Origin: Deltaproteobacteria bacterium
GTDB lineage: Bacteria; Desulfobacterota; Syntrophia; Syntrophales; JAAYKM01
DNA: 64,000 bases
NCBI GenBank assembly: GCA_012522415.1
Contig: JAAYKM010000091.1
Coordinates: 699-64,698, forward strand
Direction: 5' to 3'
Under the pieces are notes generated by a model. That model saw only the letters and a program-made list of their open reading frames with translations, had not been told where the DNA came from and made no database searches. Both the position numbers and the translations under genes were made by a program. Positions 27,905-38,996 of this stretch are shown piece by piece. Positions within the stretch are counted from its first letter, which is position 1. Every line of letters starts with the position of its first letter.

Positions 27905-30139
27905 CTAGTTCAAGCCCATCCCGTCTCCTCCAAGTCCGAATAATGAAAGTCCCGCAAAAATCTGTTGATCTTCGTGGCTTTTGGTAAATCCGATCCTCAC
28001 ACCCCAGCATTGATGCCGATACAGCAACGAGTAGGTCTGTTCAACGGTTCTGCTCGCCAGCAAGTTTTCCTTGAACGTCACGGACATGCTCATTTTCCTG
28101 TTGATCTTGGCTGTCAGGGACAGATTAATTTCTTCAAGCAGGTTCCGGGTATAATGGTAGCCAAGAGAAACCTTGTCACCTCGGGGGGTGGAAACATTCA
28201 GGTCGTTGTTGGTACGCAACCACGATCCCTTGTTGACATCATAGTGACTTCGGCTTTTCAGAGACAGGTAGGGATACGGGTTGAAATCGAGTTCAATGTC
28301 CGCAGTCCCGAAATGACGCTTTTTGGCGCCGGGATCATCCCACTCCCGTTTCACCCCATCAATATCGTACGTCTGGCCCAATTTCAATCTCATGATTTCC
28401 CTGTACTTTGGCCCCGTGCTTCCTTCCCTCATTTTAACCATGAAGGTGTTGATCAGAGCACAGGAAACAGCGTTTTGCTCATCCATCCAATCCACATAAT
28501 CGGGCATGTCTTTCAGGTTGACATGGGGACTGTAGGCGTAACCCAATTCCGCCCTGATCCCATGGCGAAGCTTTTGAACAGACTTGCTGTCCATGGAATA
28601 AACGCGCTGAATTTCCGTGGTCACGAGAGCCCCGGCGACGTAGCCGCTGTGATTCCCGGTTTTATCAATACCGGCCAGGCCGTCTCCTCTCGCATCCCAC
28701 AAGCTGCTACGCCACTCAAATCTCGGCAGAATATGGGCATAGGGTCCCAAACTGAGGGGCACCGTCAGAGCGGGCCGCAAATCGAAAAGGGATCCCCTGT
28801 GCCCTTCGCTACGGTAATAGTTATCGTATGAAGTCACCATATCGAAACGCAGGGGCGTCGCGGGCAGAGGCTGATTCACTGCCGTGAGCGTCACCTCGGG
28901 GTACTGCTGCAGGGTGTTTTCATTTGAGGAACTGGTAAAGTCATCCGTATAGCGCGCCAAAGCCGTCAGATTAAAAAGGGACCAGTCCTTGACTAAACGG
29001 ACCTTTGAATCCAGGGAACGAAGGGACTTATCCGCCTCGAATGAGACTTTTTTGAAACGATTCTCATCGCCTTCATCATAGTGCGACCGATAGTAATTGC
29101 GGGAAGAAAAGTCTTTGAAGTACCAGTGATCGGACACACGGGCGACATCCGCCCGCAGATAATACCCTTCGCTGTCAAACGCGGTTTCATGTTGCAAATA
29201 CAGAGACCAGCGATCATGATCCTTATTCCAGTTTCTGGACATGACGCCGTTCGCTTCATCTTTCCTCAGGCGATCCCGATAAAGATAATCCCCGTAAATC
29301 ACACCGGAGCTCTCCGTCGTCGGGAAATATCGAAACTCGATCCCTTCCTTGAATCCACGTTTGCTCATATAACGCTGGTAGAATGTTGCATCCGTACTCT
29401 CGGAAATAGCCCAATAGAACGGGATTTCCACATCGACGCCATTTTTGTTTTTCGAATGGGAGAGGTAAGGAAGGAGGAAGCCTGTCTGCCGAGTGGTTTT
29501 TACCGGAAATAAAAGGTATGGGAAATAGAAAATGGGCGCTTTCCCGACACAAAGGGTGCCTTTTTTCAGCGTGCCGTATCCGTCGATGGTCACATTGAGT
29601 TCCTGCCCCCTTAGGGACCACGCCGGGTTTGGGCCATCACACGTCGTGGCCGCGGCATCCCTTGCCTGATAAGTTGCTTCCCCGTTTTTCTCAAACTGCC
29701 GACCGGAAATGTAGAAATGATTCTTGTCGATGAACATCCTTCCGTTGTCAACGGTTCCCGTTTTGGCTTCGATATTAAACGTAACGCTTTCGCCCTCGAG
29801 GATATCCTGATCAGTTCTCAGGACCACATTGCCTTCAGCGTAAACCGTATGGGTTGCCCTTCGCATGATGATCCGGTCGGCCTTCAGGGTTCCTCCAGGA
29901 TACGTGATCAGTACATCACCTTCGGCATGATAACTTTCATCATTTTCCTCATAAATCAGGCGGTCGGCCTGGATGTTGACCGGACCTTCCTTGATTTTCA
30001 GGCCGTCGTCAAATGCAGAAAAAGAATATGAAGGAACCAGGAGAAGCCACGCAATCATGATAGACAACAGTCTTGTAAGCAAGCTTGCTCCCATTCTCTC
30101 TATGCTCTTTTTCCAAATCCTCAGCGTTCCACTCGTCAT
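27905..30139 (-). CDS. lptD: LPS-assembly outer-membrane protein LptD
   Basis: 744 aa with a signal sequence, an OstA-like N-terminal domain (ADRLIYEENDESYHAEGDVLITYPGGTLKADRI) and a large beta-barrel region. A possible later start is at 30094. Confidence 0.85.
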   Translation of the reverse strand: MTSGTLRIWKKSIERMGASLLTRLLSIMIAWLLLVPSYSFSAFDDGLKIKEGPVNIQADRLIYEENDESYHAEGDVLITYPGGTLKADRIIMRRATHTVYAEGNVVLRTDQDILEGESVTFNIEAKTGTVDNGRMFIDKNHFYISGRQFEKNGEATYQARDAAATTCDGPNPAWSLRGQELNVTIDGYGTLKKGTLCVGKAPIFYFPYLLFPVKTTRQTGFLLPYLSHSKNKNGVDVEIPFYWAISESTDATFYQRYMSKRGFKEGIEFRYFPTTESSGVIYGDYLYRDRLRKDEANGVMSRNWNKDHDRWSLYLQHETAFDSEGYYLRADVARVSDHWYFKDFSSRNYYRSHYDEGDENRFKKVSFEADKSLRSLDSKVRLVKDWSLFNLTALARYTDDFTSSSNENTLQQYPEVTLTAVNQPLPATPLRFDMVTSYDNYYRSEGHRGSLFDLRPALTVPLSLGPYAHILPRFEWRSSLWDARGDGLAGIDKTGNHSGYVAGALVTTEIQRVYSMDSKSVQKLRHGIRAELGYAYSPHVNLKDMPDYVDWMDEQNAVSCALINTFMVKMREGSTGPKYREIMRLKLGQTYDIDGVKREWDDPGAKKRHFGTADIELDFNPYPYLSLKSRSHYDVNKGSWLRTNNDLNVSTPRGDKVSLGYHYTRNLLEEINLSLTAKINRKMSMSVTFKENLLASRTVEQTYSLLYRHQCWGVRIGFTKSHEDQQIFAGLSLFGLGGDGMGLN

Positions 30140-30210
30140 GATCAGGCGTCTCTCTCGGATTTTGGTTTGCTTAATTTAGTCAAAATGAACCGGAGAAAAT
30201 CGGTGCTTTG

Positions 30211-31491
30211 CTATGACAAACAAGAGGCGAGCCATCCCTTCATTTCTCCTATCAGGTAAAGCGATCCGCATACACAGACCAGATCATCCTCTCCCGCATT
30301 TGCGACCGCTTTTCGCAGCGCTTCCCCGGCCGGCAAGACGATTTTCACTTGCGGACAATGCAAGGCGGCAATCGGCAAAAGCTGTATCGGCGATACGGCC
30401 CGTTCCGCATTCGGAAGCGTAATGATCATTTCATCAGCCAAAACACAGAGACGCCTGATCATCTCACGGTATTTTTTGTCGCTTAGCACAGCAAAAACAA
30501 CGATCAGCCTGCGCCATGAATAAGATTGTCGCAGAGCACAGACAAGAGCAGAGATTGCCGCCGGATTATGTGCGCCGTCAAGAAGTACGGTGGGCCTGCT
30601 CTGGACCATCTCCAAACGACCGGGCCATTTAACGGACCCAAGACCCGCCGGGATGTGTTCCTTTTTTAAAACATAGCCTCGAGTGGTCAAGGCTTCAACC
30701 GAAGCGATAGCCAAGGCGGCATTCCGAATTTGGTGGTCCCCGGTCAAGACGGTTCTCAAGTTCCGCATGTGCCATTTCAGACTTTGATAAGAAAACGTAC
30801 CGCCTGTCGTGCGGCGTATTTTGAAATCTTTGCCAAGTTCAAGGAGCGTGGCCCCGAGATCCTGACACCGCCTCAGCAAAGTCTGCCGGACGATTTTTTG
30901 TCTCGCTCCAGTCAAACACAAACCCTTCTCCCTGATGATACCCGCTTTTTCACGGGCAATATCCTGAAGAGTCCTGCCCAGATAATTCGTATGTTCCAAC
31001 CCGACATTGGAAATGACGGAGATAAGGGGATCGACAACATTGGTGGCATCCAGTCTGCCACCCATACCGACCTCGAGCACCGCCAAATCAACCTGTTTCG
31101 CACAAAAATATACAAAAGCGGCGGCGGTCAGGCATTCAAAGTACGTCGTCCCCGGTTCTTCTACCGCCCTGATCTCCGCCACGCATCGATTCAGCTCCTT
31201 TGGGGAGATCATGTCACCATTAACCTGGATTCTTTCCCGGGCATCGACAAGATGCGGTGATGTATAAAGGCCAACCTTATACCCCGCCCTTATCAAAATG
31301 GAGGCGATCATGGAAGCGATGGATCCCTTCCCATTCGTACCGCCCACGAGGATCGTATCGTATGCTTTGTGGGGACGATTCAGCTTGGAGAGCAGATGCT
31401 TGAAAGGTACCAAGTCATAGCGAATCCCGTTACCCCCAAGGCCGATTAAATAAGTCCTGGTATCCTCATCGTTCATGATGTGATGTGGCAT
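30211..31491 (-). CDS. folC: Folylpolyglutamate synthase / dihydrofolate synthase
   Basis: Mur-ligase P-loop GGTNGKGS and DGAHNP. Confidence 0.9.
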   Translation of the reverse strand: MPHHIMNDEDTRTYLIGLGGNGIRYDLVPFKHLLSKLNRPHKAYDTILVGGTNGKGSIASMIASILIRAGYKVGLYTSPHLVDARERIQVNGDMISPKELNRCVAEIRAVEEPGTTYFECLTAAAFVYFCAKQVDLAVLEVGMGGRLDATNVVDPLISVISNVGLEHTNYLGRTLQDIAREKAGIIREKGLCLTGARQKIVRQTLLRRCQDLGATLLELGKDFKIRRTTGGTFSYQSLKWHMRNLRTVLTGDHQIRNAALAIASVEALTTRGYVLKKEHIPAGLGSVKWPGRLEMVQSRPTVLLDGAHNPAAISALVCALRQSYSWRRLIVVFAVLSDKKYREMIRRLCVLADEMIITLPNAERAVSPIQLLPIAALHCPQVKIVLPAGEALRKAVANAGEDDLVCVCGSLYLIGEMKGWLASCLS

Positions 31492-31500
31492 TGGGGAATC

Positions 31501-32271
31501 CTAAGGACGAATTTTTTCACCGTCCCGAAGGATGTGAATCTTTTTCTTCTGGGGAAGTTCGAGAAGTTCCCTGGTGATTTCCGCATCGTGTTGGAGTTTG
31601 AGGTGAAAAACATAGACCCCCGCCTCCTTGTGACGGAGTTTCTCCAACTCCCGGCTCAGAGTGCGGGGAGTTAAATGACGGGTAAGAGCAGCCAGTTCCT
31701 CCATCCTGTTGGGAAATGATACTTCAATAAAAATCCCCTTGAGATTGTCACATCTGTTGGCCTCCTGCCAGATAGCCTCTGTCGGACCAGTGTCACCAAT
31801 GAATATGACTGCCCCCTCTCTTGACACCGCCGTATATGCCACGGTTTCGACCGTATGGTTGACCGGTGTAGCCGATATCATCCAAGATCCGGCGGCCAAG
31901 GGTTCTCCGGCCTGGATGGGTTGCAGTCTCAAGACCGGATTGGCCGGGGAAGGTATTAAGGAAAAATCGGGCCATATCTGCCCATTGAACAAGTGGTTAT
32001 GAACCGTTTCGAGTATACCCGGGGTGCTTACCAAAACCAGGGGAAAAGGACGCCGCAAATAGAAGATGTTATCCACGAGGAACATGATGTCTCTGATATG
32101 ATCGAGATGGGCATGTGTTAAGAATACATACTCGATCTGCAACTGCTCTTCAAGGGTGAGGACGGACGTAATCGTACCGCCGTCAACCAGCGTCTTGGTG
32201 TCCAATTGGAAACAAGTTGTGCCAAAACCGGGCAGGTGGGACCCGTAACACCCCAATACCCTGATTTCCAT
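31501..32271 (-). CDS. MBL-fold hydrolase, class-II 3',5'-cyclic-nucleotide phosphodiesterase-like
   Basis: MEIRVLGCYGS and THAHLDHIRD (HxHLDH). A GGAG SD precedes the ATG at 32271. Confidence 0.6.
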   Translation of the reverse strand: MEIRVLGCYGSHLPGFGTTCFQLDTKTLVDGGTITSVLTLEEQLQIEYVFLTHAHLDHIRDIMFLVDNIFYLRRPFPLVLVSTPGILETVHNHLFNGQIWPDFSLIPSPANPVLRLQPIQAGEPLAAGSWMISATPVNHTVETVAYTAVSREGAVIFIGDTGPTEAIWQEANRCDNLKGIFIEVSFPNRMEELAALTRHLTPRTLSRELEKLRHKEAGVYVFHLKLQHDAEITRELLELPQKKKIHILRDGEKIRP

Positions 32272-32315
32272 CTTGCGCTCCACAATTTATTTGATTTTAC
32301 CGACGAAAACAAAAA

Positions 32316-32570
32316 TCAAGTCACTTTGAAGACTTCGTCTCCTTCGCGAACCCGATCCTTGACTTTTAAACCGATAAAATCACCGGCTACGGCCTTCTCA
32401 ATCTTCTGGTTATTCACTTCCATAGATTCGACGGCTTCCGTAAAATCCGTGGTGTGGCCGATAAACTTCAGGGTATCTCCGATACAAAGGGTTCCCGCGG
32501 TGATTTTAATCGCAGCAACGCTCGGCTTGGAGAAAAACTTCACTACTTCGCCAATTTTTTCTTCCGCCAT
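32316..32570 (-). CDS. Translation-elongation-factor-like small protein (EF-Tu domain-II-like beta-barrel)
   Basis: 84 aa. IGEVVKFFSKPSVAAIKIT.GTLCIGDTLKFIGHTTDF...GDFIGLKVKD.VREGDEVFKV. Strong SD GAAGGAGG. Confidence 0.7.
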   Translation of the reverse strand: MAEEKIGEVVKFFSKPSVAAIKITAGTLCIGDTLKFIGHTTDFTEAVESMEVNNQKIEKAVAGDFIGLKVKDRVREGDEVFKVT

Positions 32571-32638
32571 AACCAGCCTCCTTCTATTTTTCATCATCCC
32601 ACGATATACAGAAACGATTTCGTGATGTCTGCCCCCGC

Positions 32639-32666
32639 AGTATAAACATCTTTATTTCAATGACAA
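32639..32666 (-). promoter_or_regulatory. Putative sigma70 promoter downstream of the rplQ terminator
   Basis: On the minus strand, TTGTCA (32666-32661), 16-nt spacer, TATACT (32644-32639). Confidence 0.4.
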
Positions 32667-32667
32667 G

Positions 32668-32698
32668 AAAAAAGGCAAGTAGCGCTACTTGCCTTTTT
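32668..32698 (-). terminator. Intrinsic (bidirectional-looking) terminator ending the alpha operon
   Basis: A perfect 20-nt palindrome GGCAAGTAGCGCTACTTGCC (32674-32693) flanked by A6 and T5. Confidence 0.8.
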
Positions 32699-32737
32699 CG
32701 CATTGCATTATTGCGGCCGGCAAGGCGGTCGGCAATC

Positions 32738-33163
32738 TCAGGTTTTTTCCACCGGAACCTTTGCCTTGGATTTGGTCTTTGCTTCCGTTTTTGTTTTAAC
32801 CTCTTCCGGGTCCTTGACAAATTCCACAACCGACACGGGGGCATTGTCTCCTGCTCTAAATCCCAGCTTTATAATCCTGGTATAGCCACCCTTACGTTCA
32901 CGATAGCGTTCCGCATACTCGGAGAATACCTTCTCCACAACATCCCGCTCACGGACAACCGTCAAGGCCTGACGCCGGGCATGCAGCTCACCCCTCTTCC
33001 CCAGAGTAATCATTTTCTCCGCGAGTTTTTTTAATTCCTTCGCCCTAGAATCCGTCGTCGTTATCTTTTCATGCTTCAGCAGGGACGTAACCATATTTCT
33101 TAGCATGGCCTCCCGGTGAGCAGTGGGGCGACCCATTTTCTTCTTTTGGTATCCGTGACGCAT
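32738..33163 (-). CDS. rplQ: 50S ribosomal protein L17
   Basis: [23 protein letters not shown]. Lies downstream of rpoA. Confidence 0.95.
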   Translation of the reverse strand: MRHGYQKKKMGRPTAHREAMLRNMVTSLLKHEKITTTDSRAKELKKLAEKMITLGKRGELHARRQALTVVRERDVVEKVFSEYAERYRERKGGYTRIIKLGFRAGDNAPVSVVEFVKDPEEVKTKTEAKTKSKAKVPVEKT

Positions 33164-33210
33164 GAGAAACTCCCTTTCTCAGATATACGTAATGATATTC
33201 TCTGCCCGCC

Positions 33211-34212
33211 CTAATCTACTTGGTCATTTTTCGGCTGATTCCAGGGTGGGAAATCAAGTTTCATTCCAAATGAAAGCCCCATTTCCGCAAGAATCTCCTT
33301 GATTTCATTGAGGGACTTCCGCCCAAAGTTCTTCGTTTTCAGCATTTCCGGCTCCGTCCTCTGAACCAGTTCACCGATGAGGTGTATTCCAGCGTTTTTA
33401 AGGCAATTTGACGAACGCACGGATAACTCGAGATCGTCGAACGGCCTCAGGAGATATTCGTTCATATCCTGTTCTTCTTCGACTTCCTCTTCCTCGACTT
33501 CGCTTTCAGTTTCATCAAAGTTAATGAATACATCCAACTGATCCTTTAGAATTTTTGCCGCATAAGCCATGGCATCTTCGGGAATGACACTACCGTCCGT
33601 CCAGATTTCAAGAATCAGCTTGTCATAATCCGCAACTTGTCCAACCCGGGCATAGGTCACCGTATATTTGACCTTCCTGATGGGGGAATATATCGCATCG
33701 ACATTAATGGTGCCCTCAGACTGGTCCGGGTCCCTTTCTTTTTTTGCGGGGACATAGCCACGACCGATATTAACGACCATTTCGGCCTTCATTGTGGCAC
33801 CCTCCGACAAGGTCGCAATATGATGGTCCGGATTAAGCACCTCTACCGTGCCGTCTGTGATGATATCGCCTGCCCGAATGATCTTGTCACCGGAGGCGTC
33901 AATATAGATCGTTCTGGGCTCTTCTTGATGCATTTTCAGGCGAACGCCCTTGAGATTCAGCACAATATCCGTTACATCTTCTTTCACCCCAGGTACCGTT
34001 GAAAACTCATGAAGGACGCCATCGATTTTAACTGAGACAATCGCGGCCCCACCAATGGATGATAAAAGAACCCTTCTTAGGGCATTCCCAAGCGTCGTAC
34101 CGAACCCTCTCTCCAACGGCTGAACCGTAAATTCGCCATAGGATTCCGAATGGGTGGACCCATCGATTTCAATCCGCTTGGGTCTGATCAAATTGTACCA
34201 GTTTTTTAGCAT
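33211..34212 (-). CDS. rpoA: DNA-directed RNA polymerase subunit alpha
   Basis: 333 aa. [15 protein letters not shown], and the C-terminal-domain motif [12 protein letters not shown]. Confidence 0.97.
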   Translation of the reverse strand: MLKNWYNLIRPKRIEIDGSTHSESYGEFTVQPLERGFGTTLGNALRRVLLSSIGGAAIVSVKIDGVLHEFSTVPGVKEDVTDIVLNLKGVRLKMHQEEPRTIYIDASGDKIIRAGDIITDGTVEVLNPDHHIATLSEGATMKAEMVVNIGRGYVPAKKERDPDQSEGTINVDAIYSPIRKVKYTVTYARVGQVADYDKLILEIWTDGSVIPEDAMAYAAKILKDQLDVFINFDETESEVEEEEVEEEQDMNEYLLRPFDDLELSVRSSNCLKNAGIHLIGELVQRTEPEMLKTKNFGRKSLNEIKEILAEMGLSFGMKLDFPPWNQPKNDQVD

Positions 34213-34270
34213 GGTTTACTTCCTCTGGCCTTTGGGTTTTCGAAACCGTTTAGTTCACATTCAATTGTTG

Positions 34271-34900
34271 TTATTTCGAGCAAAGTTCTACAATGAGTTG
34301 TTCCTGAATCGGCATGACCAATTCTTCACGTTCCGGCAACATCTTTACCGTTCCCTTGAAGTTCTCTTTATCCAGTTCCAGCCATTGAGGGACACCCCTG
34401 CGATCCACAGTGTTCAACGCTTCCAGTATCCGGACAACGGTTCTGCTGCTCTCCTTAACCGAGAGTTCATCACCAACTCTTACCAGATAAGAAGGAATAT
34501 TAACCTTTTTCCCGTTCACGAGAAAGTGATTGTGCCTCACAAGCTGGCGCGCTTCCGCCCTGGAATTTGCTAATCCCATCCTGAACACCATGTTATCCAA
34601 TCTTCTCTCCAACAATAGAAGCAGATTTGTACCGGTGATACCCTTCTGTCGGTCCGCCTTTTCAAAATAACCGGCAAACTGTTTCTCCAGGACTGCGTAC
34701 ATTCTTTTAAGTTTCTGTTTTTCCCGTAGTTGCAATCCATAATCCGAATACTGTTTTCTCCTGCGTTCGCCATGCTCTCCAGGGGCATAGCCTCTGCGCT
34801 CGAACGCACATTTTTCACCGTAACAACGATCTCCCTTGAGAAATAGCTTCAACCCTTCCCTACGGCATAGCCTACACACAGACTCGCAATATCTTGCCAA
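34271..34900 (-). CDS. rpsD: 30S ribosomal protein S4
   Basis: [29 protein letters not shown] start at 34900 follows SD GGGAGG; the ORF is open from a GTG at 34915. Confidence 0.93.
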   Translation of the reverse strand: MARYCESVCRLCRREGLKLFLKGDRCYGEKCAFERRGYAPGEHGERRRKQYSDYGLQLREKQKLKRMYAVLEKQFAGYFEKADRQKGITGTNLLLLLERRLDNMVFRMGLANSRAEARQLVRHNHFLVNGKKVNIPSYLVRVGDELSVKESSRTVVRILEALNTVDRRGVPQWLELDKENFKGTVKMLPEREELVMPIQEQLIVELCSK

Positions 34901-34974
34901 GACCGCCTCCCTCACACATTAATTGAAATATCCGCTGTATATGTTTATGATATTATTTAATATATTAAAAACTA

Positions 34975-35367
34975 TCAAACCCTTCTTCGCTTTGGCGGAC
35001 GACAGCCGTTATGGGGGATGGGCGTCACGTCTCTAATTAGACTGATTGTCAATCCCGCCAACTGCAGGGACCTTAACGCAGACTCCCTGCCAGACCCAGG
35101 TCCTTTGACATAGACTTGAACCCGTCGCACACCATGTTCTTTAGCTTTTTTGACCGCATCTTCTGCCGCCATCTGGGCCGCGAAGGGGGTGCTTTTTCGG
35201 GAACCTTTGAAACCCTGCATCCCCGCAGAGGCCCAAGAAATAACATTGCCTCCCAAATCCGTAATCGTCACAATCGTATTGTGAAAGCTAGATTGAATAT
35301 GGGCAATTCCTTCCGGAATGTTCTGTTTTTCTTTCTTTTTTCCCGTTTTTCTAACCGGCTTCGCCAT
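34975..35367 (-). CDS. rpsK: 30S ribosomal protein S11
   Basis: [20 protein letters not shown] and the C-terminal [13 protein letters not shown]. Confidence 0.97.
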   Translation of the reverse strand: MAKPVRKTGKKKEKQNIPEGIAHIQSSFHNTIVTITDLGGNVISWASAGMQGFKGSRKSTPFAAQMAAEDAVKKAKEHGVRRVQVYVKGPGSGRESALRSLQLAGLTISLIRDVTPIPHNGCRPPKRRRV

Positions 35368-35402
35368 ACTGCCTCCAGATCAATCTCGTTGAATCAGTTT
35401 TG

Positions 35403-35771
35403 TTATCTCTTCTTTCCGGCAATGGCCCTTCTGGGACCCTTCCTTGTCCGAGCATTTGTTCTCGTCCTCTGACCCCTTGCAGGAAGACCTTTTCGATGAC
35501 GCAGACCACGATATGTCCCGATGTCCATCAACCGCTTGATTGACATGGACACATCACGCCGGAGATCACCTTCTACTTTATGTTCCTTGTCAATGATACC
35601 TCGAATGGAACTCACCTCTGAATCCGCCAGGTTGTCCGTCTTGGTATAATAACTGACCCCCGCTTTATCAAGTATCTCCCGCGCTTTTGACCTGCCGATA
35701 CCATAAATGTAGGTCAATGCAATTTCCATATTTTTATTTCTTGGTAAATCGACTCCTGCAATTCTTGCCAC
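35403..35771 (-). CDS. rpsM: 30S ribosomal protein S13
   Basis: [13 protein letters not shown]...ALTYIYGIG. Confidence 0.97.
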   Translation of the reverse strand: MARIAGVDLPRNKNMEIALTYIYGIGRSKAREILDKAGVSYYTKTDNLADSEVSSIRGIIDKEHKVEGDLRRDVSMSIKRLMDIGTYRGLRHRKGLPARGQRTRTNARTRKGPRRAIAGKKR

Positions 35772-35798
35772 CTGATAACCTCCTCCTATTTCGGCAAA

Positions 35799-35912
35799 TC
35801 AACCTTGACGCTGCTTATGCTTTGGAATCTCACAGATAACACGCAAAACACCATGTCTTTTCACGATGACACATTTATCACATATTTTCTTTACAGATGA
35901 CCTTACTTTCAT
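35799..35912 (-). CDS. rpmJ: 50S ribosomal protein L36
   Basis: Translated by hand as [37 protein letters not shown]. Not in the supplied ORF track because it is under 60 aa. Confidence 0.93.
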   Translation of the reverse strand: MKVRSSVKKICDKCVIVKRHGVLRVICEIPKHKQRQG

Positions 35913-35992
35913 GATCTCACTCCTTTGCCCGGGTTCTTAAGCATTACGAACCATAAAGTCTTATGCGTTACAAAACAACATTTCTTTATTAC

Positions 35993-36211
35993 TCATTTGG
36001 AACGGTAGGTTATTCTCCCTCTCGTCAAATCATAAGGTGAAAGTTCCACCGTCACCTTGTCTCCTGGAAGGATCTTGATAAAATGCATCCGCATCTTACC
36101 CGAAATGTGAGCAAGGACTCTGTGTCCGTTTTCCAGTTCCACGCGGAACATAGCATTTGGAAGTGGCTCGATCACTCTGCCCTCGACTTCTATTGCATCT
36201 TCTTTGGCCAT
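35993..36211 (-). CDS. infA: Translation initiation factor IF-1
   Basis: [40 protein letters not shown]. Confidence 0.97.
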   Translation of the reverse strand: MAKEDAIEVEGRVIEPLPNAMFRVELENGHRVLAHISGKMRMHFIKILPGDKVTVELSPYDLTRGRITYRSK

Positions 36212-36240
36212 CCCGTTTCCGTCATCTTTCTACGATCATC

Positions 36241-37002
36241 TTACTGTAACTGGCTTAGAATATCGGGACCTTTTTCGGTAATGGCAACAGTGTGTTCGAA
36301 ATGGGCAGACAAAGCCCCGTCTTCCGTAACCACGGTCCAGCCATCCTGCAGGAGCTTTACTTTATGGGTCCCCTGGTTCACCATCGGTTCAATCGCCAAA
36401 ACCATGCCAGCTTTCAACTTCAAGCCTCGGCCCCTCGTACCATAATTCGGAACTTGCGGCTCTTCATGGAGCTGTCTACCAATCCCATGACCAACATAAT
36501 CCCGCACAACCGAATAACCCGAAGCTTCCACCTTTTCCTGGCAAGCTGCTGACACATCTCCCAACCTGTTACCCGGCACAGCTTGCTCAATAGCTCTGTA
36601 AAGAGCTTCCTCGGTGCAACGCATCAACTTTATTGCGTCGGCAGAAACCTTCCCGACTGGAACTGTAATCGCCGCATCGCCGTAATAACCCCCGTAGTAA
36701 ATTCCAAAATCCATGCTCAAAATATCGCCATCAACAAGAACCTGCTCCGAAGGCATCCCATGCACGACGACGCAATTCACGGAAGCACATAACGAGAAGG
36801 GATATCCACGATAGCCTTTAAACGCGGGACTCGCTTTTTTGTTCTTGGCGAGTTCTTCCGAGTACCGGTCCAACTCTCCTGTGGTGATTCTCGGTTTTAC
36901 CCGTGCCTTTAACTCGTTCAGAATTACGGCAACGATACGATTGCTGGCCCGCATCTTTTCAATTTCTTCAGGCCGCTTCAATATTACCATATGACCCACC
37001 AT
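36241..37002 (-). CDS. map: Type I methionine aminopeptidase
   Basis: Metal-ligand motifs VVHG, DGDILSMDFG, GHGIG, LAIEPM and EHTV. An alternative start is at 36990. Confidence 0.95.
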   Translation of the reverse strand: MVGHMVILKRPEEIEKMRASNRIVAVILNELKARVKPRITTGELDRYSEELAKNKKASPAFKGYRGYPFSLCASVNCVVVHGMPSEQVLVDGDILSMDFGIYYGGYYGDAAITVPVGKVSADAIKLMRCTEEALYRAIEQAVPGNRLGDVSAACQEKVEASGYSVVRDYVGHGIGRQLHEEPQVPNYGTRGRGLKLKAGMVLAIEPMVNQGTHKVKLLQDGWTVVTEDGALSAHFEHTVAITEKGPDILSQLQ

Positions 37003-37029
37003 GCGACCTCGTTGTATTCTCTTCTCAAA

Positions 37030-38340
37030 TCAACGCCTTCTGGAGGCGATTCGCCCCTTCCTCATAAACCCTTCGTACTGCCTGGTCAAAAGGTGGGTTT
37101 CTATTTGTCCAGCCGTATCCAAGGCGACACCAACGACAATCAAAAGCGCCGTACCACCAAAGTAAAAAGGTACGTTGAAGTAACTGATCAAGATGCTCGG
37201 CAGCACACAAACCGCCGAAACATAGAGCGCCCCACTGAATGTTAGTCTCGTCAGCACATCGTCAATATAATCCGCCGTTTTCTTACCTGGCCTGATTCCA
37301 GGTATGAAACCACCGTACTTTTTCAAATTTTCCGCAACATCCACCGGGTTATATGTAACCGCCGTATAGAAGTAACAGAAGAAGATAATAAAAGCTACGT
37401 ACATCAGTTCGTAGAACGCCCGCCCCGGCACCAGGGTATCCGCCACCGTTTTCATCCAGGGATGGGGAATAAAATTTGCGATGGTTGCCGGAAACATGAT
37501 GATTGATGACGCAAAAATAGGCGGTATGACACCTGATGTATTTATTTTCAAGGGCAGATGAGTTGATTGCCCTCCGTACATTTTCCGCCCCACCACCCGC
37601 TTCGCATACTGAACGGGAACCCGCCGCTGACCGGTTTCCATAAAAACGATAAAACCGACAACACTGATCATCATAATCAAAAGGAACAGGATGATAAATA
37701 TTCCCATTTCGCCGGTCGATAAAAGACGAAATGTATTCAGAATGGCTTCCGGTCCCCGGCAAACAATACCGGCGAAAATAATCAAGGATATGCCGTTTCC
37801 GATGCCTCTCTCTGTAATCTGTTCACCCAGCCACATGATGAATGCGGTCCCTGCAGTCAGGGTAAGCATCGTCATCAAACGGAATCCCCACCCGGGCGTT
37901 ATCACGATGGATGCACCCGTCGGACCCGCCATATTTTCCAGACCAACGGCAATACCGAACCCTTGAATGATACTCAATATAACTGTTCCGTACCGTGTGT
38001 ACTGAACGATCTTCTTTCGCCCTGCCTCCCCTTCTTTGGAGAGTTTTTCCAGGTGAGGTACGGCAATCGTGAGTAGTTGCAGAATAATCGAGGCGCTGAT
38101 GTAAGGCATGATCCCGAGGGCAAAAACAGACAGATTGCTCAGGGCGCCCCCGGCAAACATATCAAAGAGTCCCAGAAGCGATCCTTTGGCCTGCTCGAAA
38201 AACGCGGCCAATGCAACCGTATCGATTCCCGGCGTCGGTACATGAGCACCGACCCTGTAGACGGCCAGAAGAGAAAAAGTGATTAGAATCCTCTTTTGCA
38301 GTTCCGGTATCTTCGATATATTCTTAAAGCCGTCTAACAA
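37030..38340 (-). CDS. secY: Preprotein translocase subunit SecY
   Basis: 436 aa, 10 TM helices, with [12 protein letters not shown] and [10 protein letters not shown]. Confidence 0.97.
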   Translation of the reverse strand: MLDGFKNISKIPELQKRILITFSLLAVYRVGAHVPTPGIDTVALAAFFEQAKGSLLGLFDMFAGGALSNLSVFALGIMPYISASIILQLLTIAVPHLEKLSKEGEAGRKKIVQYTRYGTVILSIIQGFGIAVGLENMAGPTGASIVITPGWGFRLMTMLTLTAGTAFIMWLGEQITERGIGNGISLIIFAGIVCRGPEAILNTFRLLSTGEMGIFIILFLLIMMISVVGFIVFMETGQRRVPVQYAKRVVGRKMYGGQSTHLPLKINTSGVIPPIFASSIIMFPATIANFIPHPWMKTVADTLVPGRAFYELMYVAFIIFFCYFYTAVTYNPVDVAENLKKYGGFIPGIRPGKKTADYIDDVLTRLTFSGALYVSAVCVLPSILISYFNVPFYFGGTALLIVVGVALDTAGQIETHLLTRQYEGFMRKGRIASRRR

Positions 38341-38784
38341 TTACCCGACCTCTGCCACAGATCCGCCGATTGCTTCGATTTTCTCTCGTGCTCCCTTGCT
38401 GATCATGTCAACCTTCACGGTCAGGGGGACTTTTATTTCACCTTTACCCAGAATTTTGATTGCATCGCCTGTTTTCTTGATCAAACCGCTCCTTAAAAGG
38501 AGTTCCGCATCCACAACTGTGTTTTCCTCAAAACGATTCAACTGCTCAATATTGACGGCGATGATTTCCTTACGGAACAAGTTCCGAAACCCCCGCTTAG
38601 GGAGTCTCCGAGCAAGAGGCATTTGCCCTCCCTCAAACCCCGGACGCACCTTGCCCCCCGATCTGGACTTTTGCCCCTTCGTACCTCTCCCCGCCGTTCC
38701 GCCATAACCGGACCCTGAACCCCTGCCAACTCTTTTCCTTTTTTTTCGCGATCCATCCGGCGGTCTCAGCGTCCCCAAATTCAT
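38341..38784 (-). CDS. rplO: 50S ribosomal protein L15
   Basis: [27 protein letters not shown]. Confidence 0.96.
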   Translation of the reverse strand: MNLGTLRPPDGSRKKRKRVGRGSGSGYGGTAGRGTKGQKSRSGGKVRPGFEGGQMPLARRLPKRGFRNLFRKEIIAVNIEQLNRFEENTVVDAELLLRSGLIKKTGDAIKILGKGEIKVPLTVKVDMISKGAREKIEAIGGSVAEVG

Positions 38785-38978
38785 ATCTCTTTCCCCTCAA
38801 CTTCCTCGTATTTTACCAGATGTCGTATTTTATCAATCACACCACGCACTTCAGGTCTGTCTTCGAGAACCACGGTTCGATTCATTTTACCTAAACCAAG
38901 GCCCCGGAGCATCCTCCTCTGTTTCTCCGGCCTCCCTATATAACTTCTCACCTGCGTGATCTTGAGCATTTTTGCCAC
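38781..38978 (-). CDS. rpmD: 50S ribosomal protein L30
   Basis: [25 protein letters not shown]. Confidence 0.95.
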   Translation of the reverse strand: MAKMLKITQVRSYIGRPEKQRRMLRGLGLGKMNRTVVLEDRPEVRGVIDKIRHLVKYEEVEGKEI

Positions 38979-38996
38979 ACCCTGTCTCCTTCTCCT

